From a virus, in IMG/VR virus record IMGVR_UViG_3300042330_000433, positions 28,213-92,212 of that record: a stretch of 64,000 nucleotides of DNA; one strand, given 5' to 3'. The translations under genes and the position numbers were made by a program. The notes beneath the pieces were generated by a model. That model was not told where the DNA came from. It worked only from the letters and a program-made list of their open reading frames with translations, and ran no database searches. This document shows positions 1 to 10,090 of the stretch, one piece after another (the first letter of the stretch is position 1; every line of letters starts with the position of its first letter).

Positions 1-2
1 TA

Positions 3-413
3 CATATTAAATCAGCTTTAACAACTGTTAAACCAACTGTTAGAACAGCTATACCTTTTAATTTTGTAAGTAAGCAACGTGCTATATATAGTAAAAATTC
101 ACCTTTTAATAAAGCTGTATTTGCTTTTTTAGATAATGATAGATATATTTACATATTGAGTACAAATAATGCTCATAAATTAATAGAGTGTTTAACAATT
201 ACTGGTATATTTGAAGATCCATTAGAATTATTAAATTATACAAATTGTTGTGATTGTAATGATGCTATACCTTGTTTTAATAAAATGACAAGTAATTATC
301 CATTACAACCTCATTATATTGATTTAATTAAAAATGAAATTGTAAGTGAAGAACTTAAAAAATTAAGAATTTCAGAAGATGAAATAAATAATAGTGTAGA
401 TGACAAGCAATAA
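3..413 (+). CDS. Tail ring protein (crAss-like), 5'-truncated by window edge
   Basis: Frame is open from nt 3 (HIKSALTTVKP...) into the 156..413 ORF; lies just upstream of IHF-like, tail tubular and muzzle genes as in crAss-like synteny. Confidence 0.55.
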   Translation, partial: HIKSALTTVKPTVRTAIPFNFVSKQRAIYSKNSPFNKAVFAFLDNDRYIYILSTNNAHKLIECLTITGIFEDPLELLNYTNCCDCNDAIPCFNKMTSNYPLQPHYIDLIKNEIVSEELKKLRISEDEINNSVDDKQ

Positions 414-924
414 AAATCCTAGAACTGAAGGCAAAATTAAAACACATTTTGGAATGAAAGATTATTTTAAATATTTTAAAAAAGAATATCCTACTATAGA
501 TATTACCAATAAAAAATATTATGACATAATTGCAGATTTTAATGAAAAAATATGTGAATTAATTATTAATGATAATGTTGAATATAACTTACCAAATTTA
601 GGTTCTTCATTATGTGTTAAAAAAACTAAAAAAGTACCTAAGATTGTAGATGGTAAATTACTAAATACAACTCCTGTAGATTGGGTAGCTACAAATAAAT
701 TATGGAATGAAGATGAAGAAGCTAAAGAAAAGAAACTTTTAGTTAGATATAGTAATTATCATACTTCAAAATATGTTTTTAGAATTTATTTTAAAAAATA
801 TGTTTATCCATTTAAAAACAAAAAATATTTCAAATTTAAATCTAATAGAACATTCGCAAGATTATTAGCTAAAAGAATTAAAGATGAAGAACAAGACAAA
901 TATGATGCATTTTTATTATACTAA
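400..924 (+). CDS. IHF/HU-like basic protein of the crAss tail module
   Basis: Lys-rich; YNLPNLGSSLCVKK and VDWVATNKLW motifs; synteny. Confidence 0.6.
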   Translation: MTSNKNPRTEGKIKTHFGMKDYFKYFKKEYPTIDITNKKYYDIIADFNEKICELIINDNVEYNLPNLGSSLCVKKTKKVPKIVDGKLLNTTPVDWVATNKLWNEDEEAKEKKLLVRYSNYHTSKYVFRIYFKKYVYPFKNKKYFKFKSNRTFARLLAKRIKDEEQDKYDAFLLY

Positions 925-927
925 AAT

Positions 928-1641
928 ATGACAAATTCAAATTACAAATCGTTAGGTTCAATTATATGGTCTTTATTAAAGAATCCATTAGCTGAACAAT
1001 TAACATACGAAGAAGCTGCTGAGTATGCTTTAGAAGGAATTAAATTACTTGGTGCGCCAGTTATATATTTATCTAAAGTAGAACGGAAAGTTTTACAATT
1101 ACATAAAACAGATATACCTTGTGATTTATTATACATAGAAGGTGTTAAATATTTTGGAAATAACAGTGAAGGTGTAGCTATGAGAGAAGCTACAAATTCT
1201 TTTCATATTGATTCAAATCAATTAGAATCAAATGATTATGGAAATAATGAGTTTACTTATAAAATACAAAAAGGTATTTTGTTTAGTTCAATGGCTGAAG
1301 GGTGTGTAGATATTGCTTATAAAGGTATTGCTACAGATGATGAAGGTTATCCTTTAATACCAGATAATCAAAAAGTTCAATTAGCTTTAGAATACTATAT
1401 TTTAAGTAGATATTTAGAACCACTATGGTTAATGGGTAAAGTAACAGATAAAGCTTTTGAATATATTCAACAAAAAAGATTTTTCTATATGGCTAGTGCA
1501 CAAACAGGTGTAATGATGCCTAGTATAGATAAAATGGAAAGTTTAATGAATGGTATTAATAGATTGATTGTAAATACAACTTCTCACAAAGATAGCTTTA
1601 AAAAATTAGGAGAAAAAGAATATATAAAAAAATATAATTAA
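928..1641 (+). CDS. Tail tubular / ring protein (P22 gp4-like, crAss type)
   Basis: IAYKGIATDDEGYPLIPDN motif; directly upstream of the stabilization protein. Confidence 0.7.
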   Translation: MTNSNYKSLGSIIWSLLKNPLAEQLTYEEAAEYALEGIKLLGAPVIYLSKVERKVLQLHKTDIPCDLLYIEGVKYFGNNSEGVAMREATNSFHIDSNQLESNDYGNNEFTYKIQKGILFSSMAEGCVDIAYKGIATDDEGYPLIPDNQKVQLALEYYILSRYLEPLWLMGKVTDKAFEYIQQKRFFYMASAQTGVMMPSIDKMESLMNGINRLIVNTTSHKDSFKKLGEKEYIKKYN

Positions 1642-1643
1642 CA

Positions 1644-4600
1644 ATGAATAAATCCGTAACTCAGACTTATAATGGAATGCAACAAGACCTTACTAAGTCT
1701 AAATTCTCAAATAATTTTTATTTTGAAGGTAAAAATATTAGAATTGTTACAACTGATTCACAAAGTACAAATTCTGTAACTAATGAAAAAGGTAATTCTT
1801 TAATACTTTCTATACCTACTCCTATAATAAATTATACTACAAAAATTATAACTTATGGTTTAAACACTTTAAGTTATACAACTGATGAAATTAATAATAC
1901 TTATTTTATATCTGGATTTTCATATGGACAATCTGGAAATCAAGTAATTGTTGGTCATTGTACAATAAGAAATAATATTATTTTATTTACAACTGATAAT
2001 AATGGTTTTGATTGTATTTGGAAAGTAAATGATACTACTTATAATATAGAATTATTATATTTAAGAAATTTAGGTTTTAGTACAAATAATCCTATACAAT
2101 GTATTAATAATTATGAAAATGAAATAATTGATAAAATATATTGGGTAGATGGTAAACATCAAACAAGATTTTTAAATATATATAATTCAATTGCAAATTT
2201 AGATGCTGAAAATTTAATAGATTTAAGTATTAATAATATTCAATTTGTTGGAACTTTTAATTTAGATCAACCTGAAATAATTGATGTATTACAAGGTAGT
2301 ATTCATACTGCAGGTGTTATACAATATGCTTATAATTTATATAGAATAAATGGAACTCAAACTAAAATTAGTCCGCTAAGTGAACAAGTTGCTTTAGATA
2401 AAGGAACTGATAGTGGAGGCGGTGGTGTTAATGAAATTGTAGGTTCATTACCTGTTATAAAAATTGATAATATTGATCCAACTTATACTAATATAAGATT
2501 ATATGCTGTAAAATACACTTCATTCAATGAAACACCTGAAATATCTCTAATATTAGATAGAAGTATAAATGATGTAAGTGAGATTATATATTATGATGAT
2601 GGTAATATTATAAATACAATTAGTTTAGAAGAATTTTTATTTTTAGGTTCTGATATAATTATACCTAAACATATTAATACTAAAGAAAACAGATTATTTT
2701 TTGCAAATTATAAAGAAAATAATTTTGATATAAATACATATGGTGAAGTAAATAGTATTGATACTAGAGCATATTCTTTTCCAACAAGTTCAACAACAGT
2801 TAATGTTTATAATTCATTATATGATAACTCTGGTATACTAGATTCATTAGAAGCACCAATAACAATTAATTCTTCCGTAATATCTGGAGCAACAATTGTA
2901 CCTTATGAAAATTCTACTATTAATATTAATTATGATGTTAATAATAAACAATTTAATAATAATATTATTGGTGGTGAAGGTGCTTATTTAAAATATAAAC
3001 TTGTAAGAAATCAAGTTGGCGGTATCAATTTTACAACTGAAGATACTAAAGGTAAGTTTTTAAAAGATAATGAGATATACAGATTAGGTATTCAATTTTA
3101 TAATAAATATGGTCAAAATAGTTTACCTAAATGGATTGCTGATTTTAAAACAATTGTTGTAGGAAACCAATCTAATTTAAATGGATATTATGCTTCTATT
3201 GAAATTACATTAAAACCTTTATTTTATACATGGTTAGCTAATAATAATAATTTTTTAGATGAAAATGGTAATTATGATGATGCTTTAAAACCAGTAGGTT
3301 ATAAATTATTAAGAGCTGAAAGAACATTATTAGATAAAACTATTATTTGTCAAGGTTTAATTAACGGTATGTTATCTCAAGTTATTGGTGATGATACTGG
3401 TGGTTCTGGTGGAATTGATGCAGCGGCTATTATACGAGCAAACAATGGTTTAAAAATACCGTCAATGATGCGTAGATTTGATGAATATTTATGTCCAATG
3501 TGGAGAAATGAATGTTATTCTAGACTTGATAAATTTACAGGTGATCATCCTGAATTTGTTAATAATTTTATACCTTTTGAAGTAAATGGAGATGCTGCTA
3601 ATGAAGTTTATAAAGCTACAGAAGCTGATCGATGGACTGCTGGTACATATCAATTTACTAAATTAATGCAATTATTTTCACCTGAAGTAATGTTTAATAG
3701 TTTACAATCACTTGGGGATTGCACTTTAGTTAATATAGGTGGATTTGAAAATGATTTTAATTCTTCTTGGGCTCAAGTAAGACAAGTAAAAACTAAAGAA
3801 GTTACAACAGATGGTAAAACTTTTAATGCAATATCTCCACATGATATTAAAGCTTATGATACTGGAAACTTTCAATTAAATTTTGGTGAAAGAGATCAAA
3901 TTCAATTTCATGGTTTTTTTGGACACGGTCAAGATGATGAAATAAATTTTGTTCAAACATTTAGAAAATATACTGGTAATTTTATAAATTCAAATACATT
4001 AAACACTCATAAAAATATTTATGGTATACCTTTACTTGTTGAAAAAGGTCAAGGTAGAACTAGTTATAATAATGACCCAGATATGGTTTTCTATAATTCT
4101 TTAGAAAATTTATCAGCAGATAGAGTTTTAAACTTTGTAAATACTTGGGGTGCTAAAAATATTACATTTGCTTTAGGTAATGATACTTTAGATACTGAAA
4201 ATAGAGAAGGTATGGAAGAATTATATACAAATTCTGGTATAATGGATAGTGGTACAGGTTTAATATGTGAATTTAGAATACCTCAAGCATTAGTATATCT
4301 TGGAAATATATACGGTGGTAATTCTTATGAGTCTAAAAAAAGAACTAATTATATTGAAATTGGAACATATAATGATATTATCAATAATATATATAATTGT
4401 AAACACGCAGGTGATACTTTTATATCTAATTTTAAATTTACAAAATTAGTAAAAACAGATACTGAAGTTTATTCAAAAAATTCTTTTCAATTTACAGAAA
4501 TTGTAGAATTTAGAGTTGAAACAACTGTTGATTTAAAAAATAGAAATGATCTTTCAATAGAAGAATGGGATGCTAGATTTCAACCAAGATATGAAGAATA

Positions 4601-5732
4601 TCAAAAATATAATAAAGTGTATTCACAAGAACCTACTTTAATATTAAGAAGAGATTTGGATTATAAATTTAAAAGAGTAGATTCTTTTGACACTAATGTA
4701 ATATGTAGTAAATTAAAATCTCCAGGTGAAGTAATTGATAATTGGACAGATATTGAAGTTAATAATATATTAACATTAAAAGGACAGTTTGGACCAATCA
4801 ATTGTTTACATTCTCATAAAGATGAATTATATACTTTACAAGATACAGGTTTTGCAAGATTATCAATTAATCCTAGAGTTCAAGTTCAAGGTGATGATGG
4901 TTTAGCTTTACAATTAGGAACTGGTCAAGTATTAGATGATTACAATTATATTTCTACAGAATCAGGAACTTTAAATAAATGGTCAGTAATTAGCTCACCA
5001 TCTACACTATATTACTACGATACTTTAAATAAGTCATTAAATAGTTTTACAGGTGGTTTAAAAGGATTGTCTGATGAAAAAGGTATGCATATATACTTTA
5101 CAAATAATACTGTCTTAAATAGTCTTAAAATAGATAATCCATTAATTGGTACAGGTGTAAGTGCAGGATATGATTATATTAATAATGAATTATTTATGAG
5201 TTTTCATCAACCTAATCCATTTACAATATGTTACAATGAAAGTAAACAATATTTTACAAGTTTTTATGATTATATTCCTAATAGATATATTTCAAAAGGT
5301 CATTATTTAATTACTACAAATCCTGCTAATAATAGTATTTACTTACAATATGCAGGAGAATATAATACTTTTTATGGTGTTAAATATCCTTCTAGTGTTA
5401 CATTTAATGTTAATCCAGAACCAACTAAAGATTGTGTATTTAACAATATTAATTTTAAATCTGATGTTACTTTAAATAATGTAGATCAAGTAAATAGAAC
5501 ATTAACTCATATACAAGCTTATAATGACTATCAAGATAGTGGTTTAATACCATTAATTGTTGGTAGAAATAATAATCTTAGACGTAAGTTTAGAGATTGG
5601 AATGCTTTAATACCTAGACAAAGTAGAAATAGAATTAGATCTCCTTATATGAAACTTAAAGTTCAGTTTACAAATCCTGATAATTTAAAAATGATATTAC
5701 ACGATTTAAACATTTATTATACAACATATTAA
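1644..5732 (+). CDS. Tail stabilization / muzzle protein (P22 gp10-like)
   Basis: 1362 aa, beta-rich; N-terminal GMQQDL, KIYWVDG, C-terminal RRKFRDW...RIR; synteny. Confidence 0.8.
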   Translation: MNKSVTQTYNGMQQDLTKSKFSNNFYFEGKNIRIVTTDSQSTNSVTNEKGNSLILSIPTPIINYTTKIITYGLNTLSYTTDEINNTYFISGFSYGQSGNQVIVGHCTIRNNIILFTTDNNGFDCIWKVNDTTYNIELLYLRNLGFSTNNPIQCINNYENEIIDKIYWVDGKHQTRFLNIYNSIANLDAENLIDLSINNIQFVGTFNLDQPEIIDVLQGSIHTAGVIQYAYNLYRINGTQTKISPLSEQVALDKGTDSGGGGVNEIVGSLPVIKIDNIDPTYTNIRLYAVKYTSFNETPEISLILDRSINDVSEIIYYDDGNIINTISLEEFLFLGSDIIIPKHINTKENRLFFANYKENNFDINTYGEVNSIDTRAYSFPTSSTTVNVYNSLYDNSGILDSLEAPITINSSVISGATIVPYENSTININYDVNNKQFNNNIIGGEGAYLKYKLVRNQVGGINFTTEDTKGKFLKDNEIYRLGIQFYNKYGQNSLPKWIADFKTIVVGNQSNLNGYYASIEITLKPLFYTWLANNNNFLDENGNYDDALKPVGYKLLRAERTLLDKTIICQGLINGMLSQVIGDDTGGSGGIDAAAIIRANNGLKIPSMMRRFDEYLCPMWRNECYSRLDKFTGDHPEFVNNFIPFEVNGDAANEVYKATEADRWTAGTYQFTKLMQLFSPEVMFNSLQSLGDCTLVNIGGFENDFNSSWAQVRQVKTKEVTTDGKTFNAISPHDIKAYDTGNFQLNFGERDQIQFHGFFGHGQDDEINFVQTFRKYTGNFINSNTLNTHKNIYGIPLLVEKGQGRTSYNNDPDMVFYNSLENLSADRVLNFVNTWGAKNITFALGNDTLDTENREGMEELYTNSGIMDSGTGLICEFRIPQALVYLGNIYGGNSYESKKRTNYIEIGTYNDIINNIYNCKHAGDTFISNFKFTKLVKTDTEVYSKNSFQFTEIVEFRVETTVDLKNRNDLSIEEWDARFQPRYEEYQKYNKVYSQEPTLILRRDLDYKFKRVDSFDTNVICSKLKSPGEVIDNWTDIEVNNILTLKGQFGPINCLHSHKDELYTLQDTGFARLSINPRVQVQGDDGLALQLGTGQVLDDYNYISTESGTLNKWSVISSPSTLYYYDTLNKSLNSFTGGLKGLSDEKGMHIYFTNNTVLNSLKIDNPLIGTGVSAGYDYINNELFMSFHQPNPFTICYNESKQYFTSFYDYIPNRYISKGHYLITTNPANNSIYLQYAGEYNTFYGVKYPSSVTFNVNPEPTKDCVFNNINFKSDVTLNNVDQVNRTLTHIQAYNDYQDSGLIPLIVGRNNNLRRKFRDWNALIPRQSRNRIRSPYMKLKVQFTNPDNLKMILHDLNIYYTTY

Positions 5733-5761
5733 AATATAATATAAAATAAATAATAAAAAAC

Positions 5762-5792
5762 TTGTTTTATATATAAATATTTTGTATATTTG
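5762..5792 (+). promoter_or_regulatory. Bacteroidota sigma-A promoter
   Basis: TTG (5762-5764), 20 nt spacer, TATATTTG (5785-5792) matching TAnnTTTG; intergenic. Confidence 0.7.
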
Positions 5793-5820
5793 TATATAAC
5801 TCATTTAATAATAAATAACT

Positions 5821-5853
5821 AAGGAGAAGAATTAATTTTCTTCTCCTTTTTTT
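5821..5853 (+). terminator. Intrinsic terminator
   Basis: AAGGAGAAGAA-TTAATT-TTCTTCTCCTT followed by a T run. Confidence 0.8.
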
Positions 5854-5869
5854 ATAACTAATAAATAAT

Positions 5870-6454
5870 ATGATAGGTATTTATAAAATAACTTCTCCAA
5901 CTAATAGAATTTATATAGGTCAAAGTAATAATATAGAACTTAGATTTAAATTTTATAAAAATTTAAGATGTAAATCTCAAATACGATTATATCGTTCATT
6001 TTTAAAACATAATGTTGATCAACACAAATTTGAAATAATTGAAGAATGTGATATTAAAGAATTAAATAATAAAGAACGATATTGGCAAGATTATTATGAT
6101 GTAATATCTAACAAAGGTATGAATTGTATATTAACTAATGCAGATAATAAATCTGGAAAATTATCAAAATTTACAAAAAATAAATTAAGTAAATCTACAA
6201 AAGGTGTTAAAAAATCTCCAGAACATTGTAAAAAATTAGGTTTAGCTAAAAAAGGTATTAAATTATCAGAAAACCATAAATTAAAAGTAAGTTTAAATAG
6301 TAAACAATCTAAAAAAGTAATAAATTTAGAAACAAATACGATATATAATTCAATAAAAGAAGCTTCTATTAAATTAAATATAAATTATAGAACGTTATCT
6401 TGGAGAATAAATAATAATCATAAAACATTAAAATTTTTAAATAATGAACAATAA
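5870..6454 (+). CDS. GIY-YIG homing endonuclease with NUMOD3/NUMOD1-like tail
   Basis: MIGIYKITSPTNRIYIGQS; KKSPEHCKKL and KLSENHKLK repeats; KKVINLETNTIYNSIKEAS. Confidence 0.9.
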   Translation: MIGIYKITSPTNRIYIGQSNNIELRFKFYKNLRCKSQIRLYRSFLKHNVDQHKFEIIEECDIKELNNKERYWQDYYDVISNKGMNCILTNADNKSGKLSKFTKNKLSKSTKGVKKSPEHCKKLGLAKKGIKLSENHKLKVSLNSKQSKKVINLETNTIYNSIKEASIKLNINYRTLSWRINNNHKTLKFLNNEQ

Positions 6455-8102
6455 ATTAACAGAATTTAATACTGGAGGAACACATTCAGAAAACAAATAT
6501 GGTGGAATACCAATTGGATCAAATACTACTGTTGAAGAAAATGAAAGTAAAAAAGATAATTTTATTTATAGTGACAGAATTCCTATAAATGAAGATACAA
6601 TTAAACAATTTAATCTTCCAAATTATATAAAAAATAAAAGTATTTCTGGAGCTGCAAAAAGTATCAATGATAAATTTAAAGATAGGCAAGATAAATATGC
6701 AACAGAAACTAAAAATACTTTATTAGATAGATTAGCTCAAGCACAAGAATCTATTAAAGCACAAGAAGCTCAAATGAATCAGTCTATGATGGCTAATTCA
6801 CAACAAGTTCCAGATATGATGAATGGTGAAATACCAGCAGGTATGGAAGAATTTACACAAACAGAACAAATGTTTATGGGTGGTGAAGTTCCTACAGAAG
6901 GTGTTGCTGGAGCAGAAGGAATGGATCCTATGTTATCTGCAGGTACTAAAATGTTACCTAGTTTACTTAGTGGAGATAAAAATCAAATGATCACATCAGG
7001 TGTTGAAACAGGTTTTGGTTTAGCAGGTACAGCTATTGGTGGTCCTGTAGGTGGTATGATTGGTAGCACTGTAGGTAAAGCTGTATCTCCAATGATTTCT
7101 AAATTACTAAATGATAAGAAACAACAAAAAATGTTAAACCAACAAGCTATTAAAGCAAGTTCTACTTTTTCTAGTGATTTTGCATTAGGTGGACCAATTT
7201 ATCCTAATTTTACTAAAGTTAATCCATATGAAGGAGAACTTGGTAGTTCTAAATTTGATTATCCATTTACAAAATTTCCTAAACCAGATTTACCAGCAAT
7301 TGAAGCACCTAATTTAGAAGGTTTAGATCCTGGTATTGAAATAAATGATTTGTCTGAAAGAAATGGATATTCTAATCCTAATTTAGCACCAGATCCTAAA
7401 ACTACTAATATGGGTAAAATGTATCCTAAAGCAGATTTATCAAAAGTAGGTGATTATTTAGATAAAAATGGTGGTAAATTTTTAAAATATGCACCAGTTG
7501 CTATGAATGCTTATCAACTATCTAAATTAAAACCTGCTGAAAATAAAAGATTAGATAGAATGTCTGGTAGATATAATCCAGAATATGTTGATGAAAAAAC
7601 ATTACAAAATATTGCAGGTAATGATATGGATAATACTGTTAATGCAATTACTCAAAGTGGTGGTTCACAAGGTGCTGTTAGAAATGCAATTCTTGGAGCA
7701 GGATTAAATAGAACTAAAGGTTTATCAAATGCTTACATTTCAGCTAATGCTCAAAATAGAGCTACTAATGATAAAGCTCAAAGTTTTAATAGTAATATTG
7801 ATCAGTTTAATGCACAAACACAACATCAAGAACAACAAAACTGGGAACAAAATGAAGCTGCTGTTAGAAATGAAAAATCTAAATATTTAGCTGCTATTGG
7901 AAATGATCTTGGTGAAGTTGGTAAAGAAGAAGTTAATAAAAATCAAATTGCTGAATCTTTAGGTTACTCTTGGGATGGTAAATATATGGTTGATAAAAAA
8001 ACTGGAGAAAAAATAGCATATGAAGATGCAATTGCACAATCAAAAATGCAAACAAAAGCATATGGTGGATTTATAAAAATGAATAAAATAGGAAGAAAAT
8101 AA
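6444..8102 (+). CDS. Virion cargo/ejection protein
   Basis: FNTGGTHSENKYGGIP...VEENE N-terminus; Gly-rich hydrophobic segment GLAGTAIGGPVGGMIG; Q/N-rich coils; no Cys seen; follows the muzzle gene. Confidence 0.65.
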   Translation: MNNKLTEFNTGGTHSENKYGGIPIGSNTTVEENESKKDNFIYSDRIPINEDTIKQFNLPNYIKNKSISGAAKSINDKFKDRQDKYATETKNTLLDRLAQAQESIKAQEAQMNQSMMANSQQVPDMMNGEIPAGMEEFTQTEQMFMGGEVPTEGVAGAEGMDPMLSAGTKMLPSLLSGDKNQMITSGVETGFGLAGTAIGGPVGGMIGSTVGKAVSPMISKLLNDKKQQKMLNQQAIKASSTFSSDFALGGPIYPNFTKVNPYEGELGSSKFDYPFTKFPKPDLPAIEAPNLEGLDPGIEINDLSERNGYSNPNLAPDPKTTNMGKMYPKADLSKVGDYLDKNGGKFLKYAPVAMNAYQLSKLKPAENKRLDRMSGRYNPEYVDEKTLQNIAGNDMDNTVNAITQSGGSQGAVRNAILGAGLNRTKGLSNAYISANAQNRATNDKAQSFNSNIDQFNAQTQHQEQQNWEQNEAAVRNEKSKYLAAIGNDLGEVGKEEVNKNQIAESLGYSWDGKYMVDKKTGEKIAYEDAIAQSKMQTKAYGGFIKMNKIGRK

Positions 8103-10087
8103 TGGCAAATAGATTTGATAATGGTTCAGTTTCAGCATATAAACCTCAAAGTTTTCAAGAACTGGCGTTTGTTCCTATGATGAAACGTAAACAACATGAT
8201 GAATTAGAAGCAGCTTATATAAATGCTAAAGTTAATACGGATCCTTTAGATGTACATAAAGATGAAGCACTTCGTCTTAAAAATGAAATTGAAGGTAAAG
8301 TAAGTTCTTTATCAGAACAACTTTCTACAAAAGGTATTACACCAGAAGCTAGAAGTTCATTTTTAAAATTTAATAAAGAATATCAAGACTTAATTTCACC
8401 AACTGGTAGAATAGGTCAAATAAATAATGCTAAAAAAGTATATGCTGAAGAATTTAAAGAATATTTAGAAGATGCTACTAAAAATAAAGGATTTTCAAGA
8501 GAAGATGCTTTATATAATTGGCAAACACAACATCATCCTAAATATACAGGATATAATGATGCTAGAGAAATTAAAAATATTGATTCATATGGTGCACCAA
8601 AAAGACATATTTTACAAGAAGATTTAAAATTAGTTAAATCTTTATTAGGAGAAAACACACAAACTATTATGAAAAATAATGGTTTCAGTTTTGGAGAAGG
8701 ACCAAATGGTAGTATAATTATACAAGATGGTAAAGGAAGACTTGTTGAAACTAGCAATTATCCTCAATTAAAAGAAGCTCAAGAATATTTAACTAGTAGA
8801 TGGATTCAACCTACAGGTGAAGGAACAATATCTGCTAGATTTGAAAGACAAGATCCTAAAAGAATTATTGATGAAATTAATAATGGTTTAGGTATGATGA
8901 AATCTTACAAATTAGATGACACTAGAGAAACTGATTATTCAATTCAAGGATATACTGCTCCAGAGAAAAATGTAGATCCAACAGGAGTTATTATTAGTAA
9001 TGATAGTACTTTAACTTCAGATGCTGTAGCACAACCTACTTATACTAATGCTTTAGATGAAATTAAAAGATTAAGTTCTTCAAAAAGTAGAAATTCAGCA
9101 GATCAAGCTAAATTAGAAGATTTAATTGAATTAAGACAAAATGCTGATAAAAAATTAAATGCTAATCCTAAATATAATGAATTAACAAAATCTTATAATA
9201 ATGCTCAAAAAGCTTATGAAGATTATGCTAATAAAATGGGAACATTTAAAGATGGTAAATGGCAAAGAGATCCTAATAAAAAAGATCCAACTACATCAAA
9301 TGTTGCTTTTAAATTATCACAATTAAAAGTAAAAGCTGATGAAATTAATACTCAAAGAAGTAAAATAAAAGATAAAGCTTGGGCAAAATCTTCTTCATTA
9401 AGACATAATTATTCATATATGCCATCTACTCCAAAAGAAGAATCTAATTGGAATTTACATAATGAAAATATATTCAATGTAATGAAAGGTGTTGATTTAG
9501 GTAATGTATTAGATTTAACAAGTATTCATACAGCAAGTGGTAGTAAGAAAAATATTGAAGATGTTGATGTTCAAAATATTCAAGAATTATTAAAACATGG
9601 TGATCCAAAATCATTTAAAATTAATAATATTAAAACATATGGTAATAGTAAAACACCTGAAATAACAATGACTTTTAATACTACAGAAAAAGCTTCAGGA
9701 TATGATTTAAAAGGTACAACTGGTTTATTTTCATCAGGTGATGATAATTATGGTGGAGCTAACAAACCAGTTACTGTTACTTTTAAATTGAAAAAATTAA
9801 CTAACTCACCAGATACTGGTTCTGCAGTAGGTTATAAAAATTTAAGTGGTGCTATTGCAGATGCTTGGAAAGATAAAGGTAGAATAAATCAAGTTACTGG
9901 AAATTTCCAAGGAGCGGAAATTTCAACAGCTTTAATTAGTAATAGTTATGCTGATTTAACTAATGATCAATTAGCTCAACGTGCTAGTAGAGATTCTGAT
10001 GCATTAACAGCTTTATATTTAAGAGCTTCAAAAAAAGGAGTTACACCAAAAGTATTACTTCAAAAATACAAAAATAATAAAAGATAA
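8102..10087 (+). CDS. Putative ejection/internal virion protein
   Basis: 661 aa, helical, no Cys seen; start overlaps upstream stop; lies in the ejection gene block. Confidence 0.55.
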   Translation: MANRFDNGSVSAYKPQSFQELAFVPMMKRKQHDELEAAYINAKVNTDPLDVHKDEALRLKNEIEGKVSSLSEQLSTKGITPEARSSFLKFNKEYQDLISPTGRIGQINNAKKVYAEEFKEYLEDATKNKGFSREDALYNWQTQHHPKYTGYNDAREIKNIDSYGAPKRHILQEDLKLVKSLLGENTQTIMKNNGFSFGEGPNGSIIIQDGKGRLVETSNYPQLKEAQEYLTSRWIQPTGEGTISARFERQDPKRIIDEINNGLGMMKSYKLDDTRETDYSIQGYTAPEKNVDPTGVIISNDSTLTSDAVAQPTYTNALDEIKRLSSSKSRNSADQAKLEDLIELRQNADKKLNANPKYNELTKSYNNAQKAYEDYANKMGTFKDGKWQRDPNKKDPTTSNVAFKLSQLKVKADEINTQRSKIKDKAWAKSSSLRHNYSYMPSTPKEESNWNLHNENIFNVMKGVDLGNVLDLTSIHTASGSKKNIEDVDVQNIQELLKHGDPKSFKINNIKTYGNSKTPEITMTFNTTEKASGYDLKGTTGLFSSGDDNYGGANKPVTVTFKLKKLTNSPDTGSAVGYKNLSGAIADAWKDKGRINQVTGNFQGAEISTALISNSYADLTNDQLAQRASRDSDALTALYLRASKKGVTPKVLLQKYKNNKR

Positions 10088-10090
10088 AAA

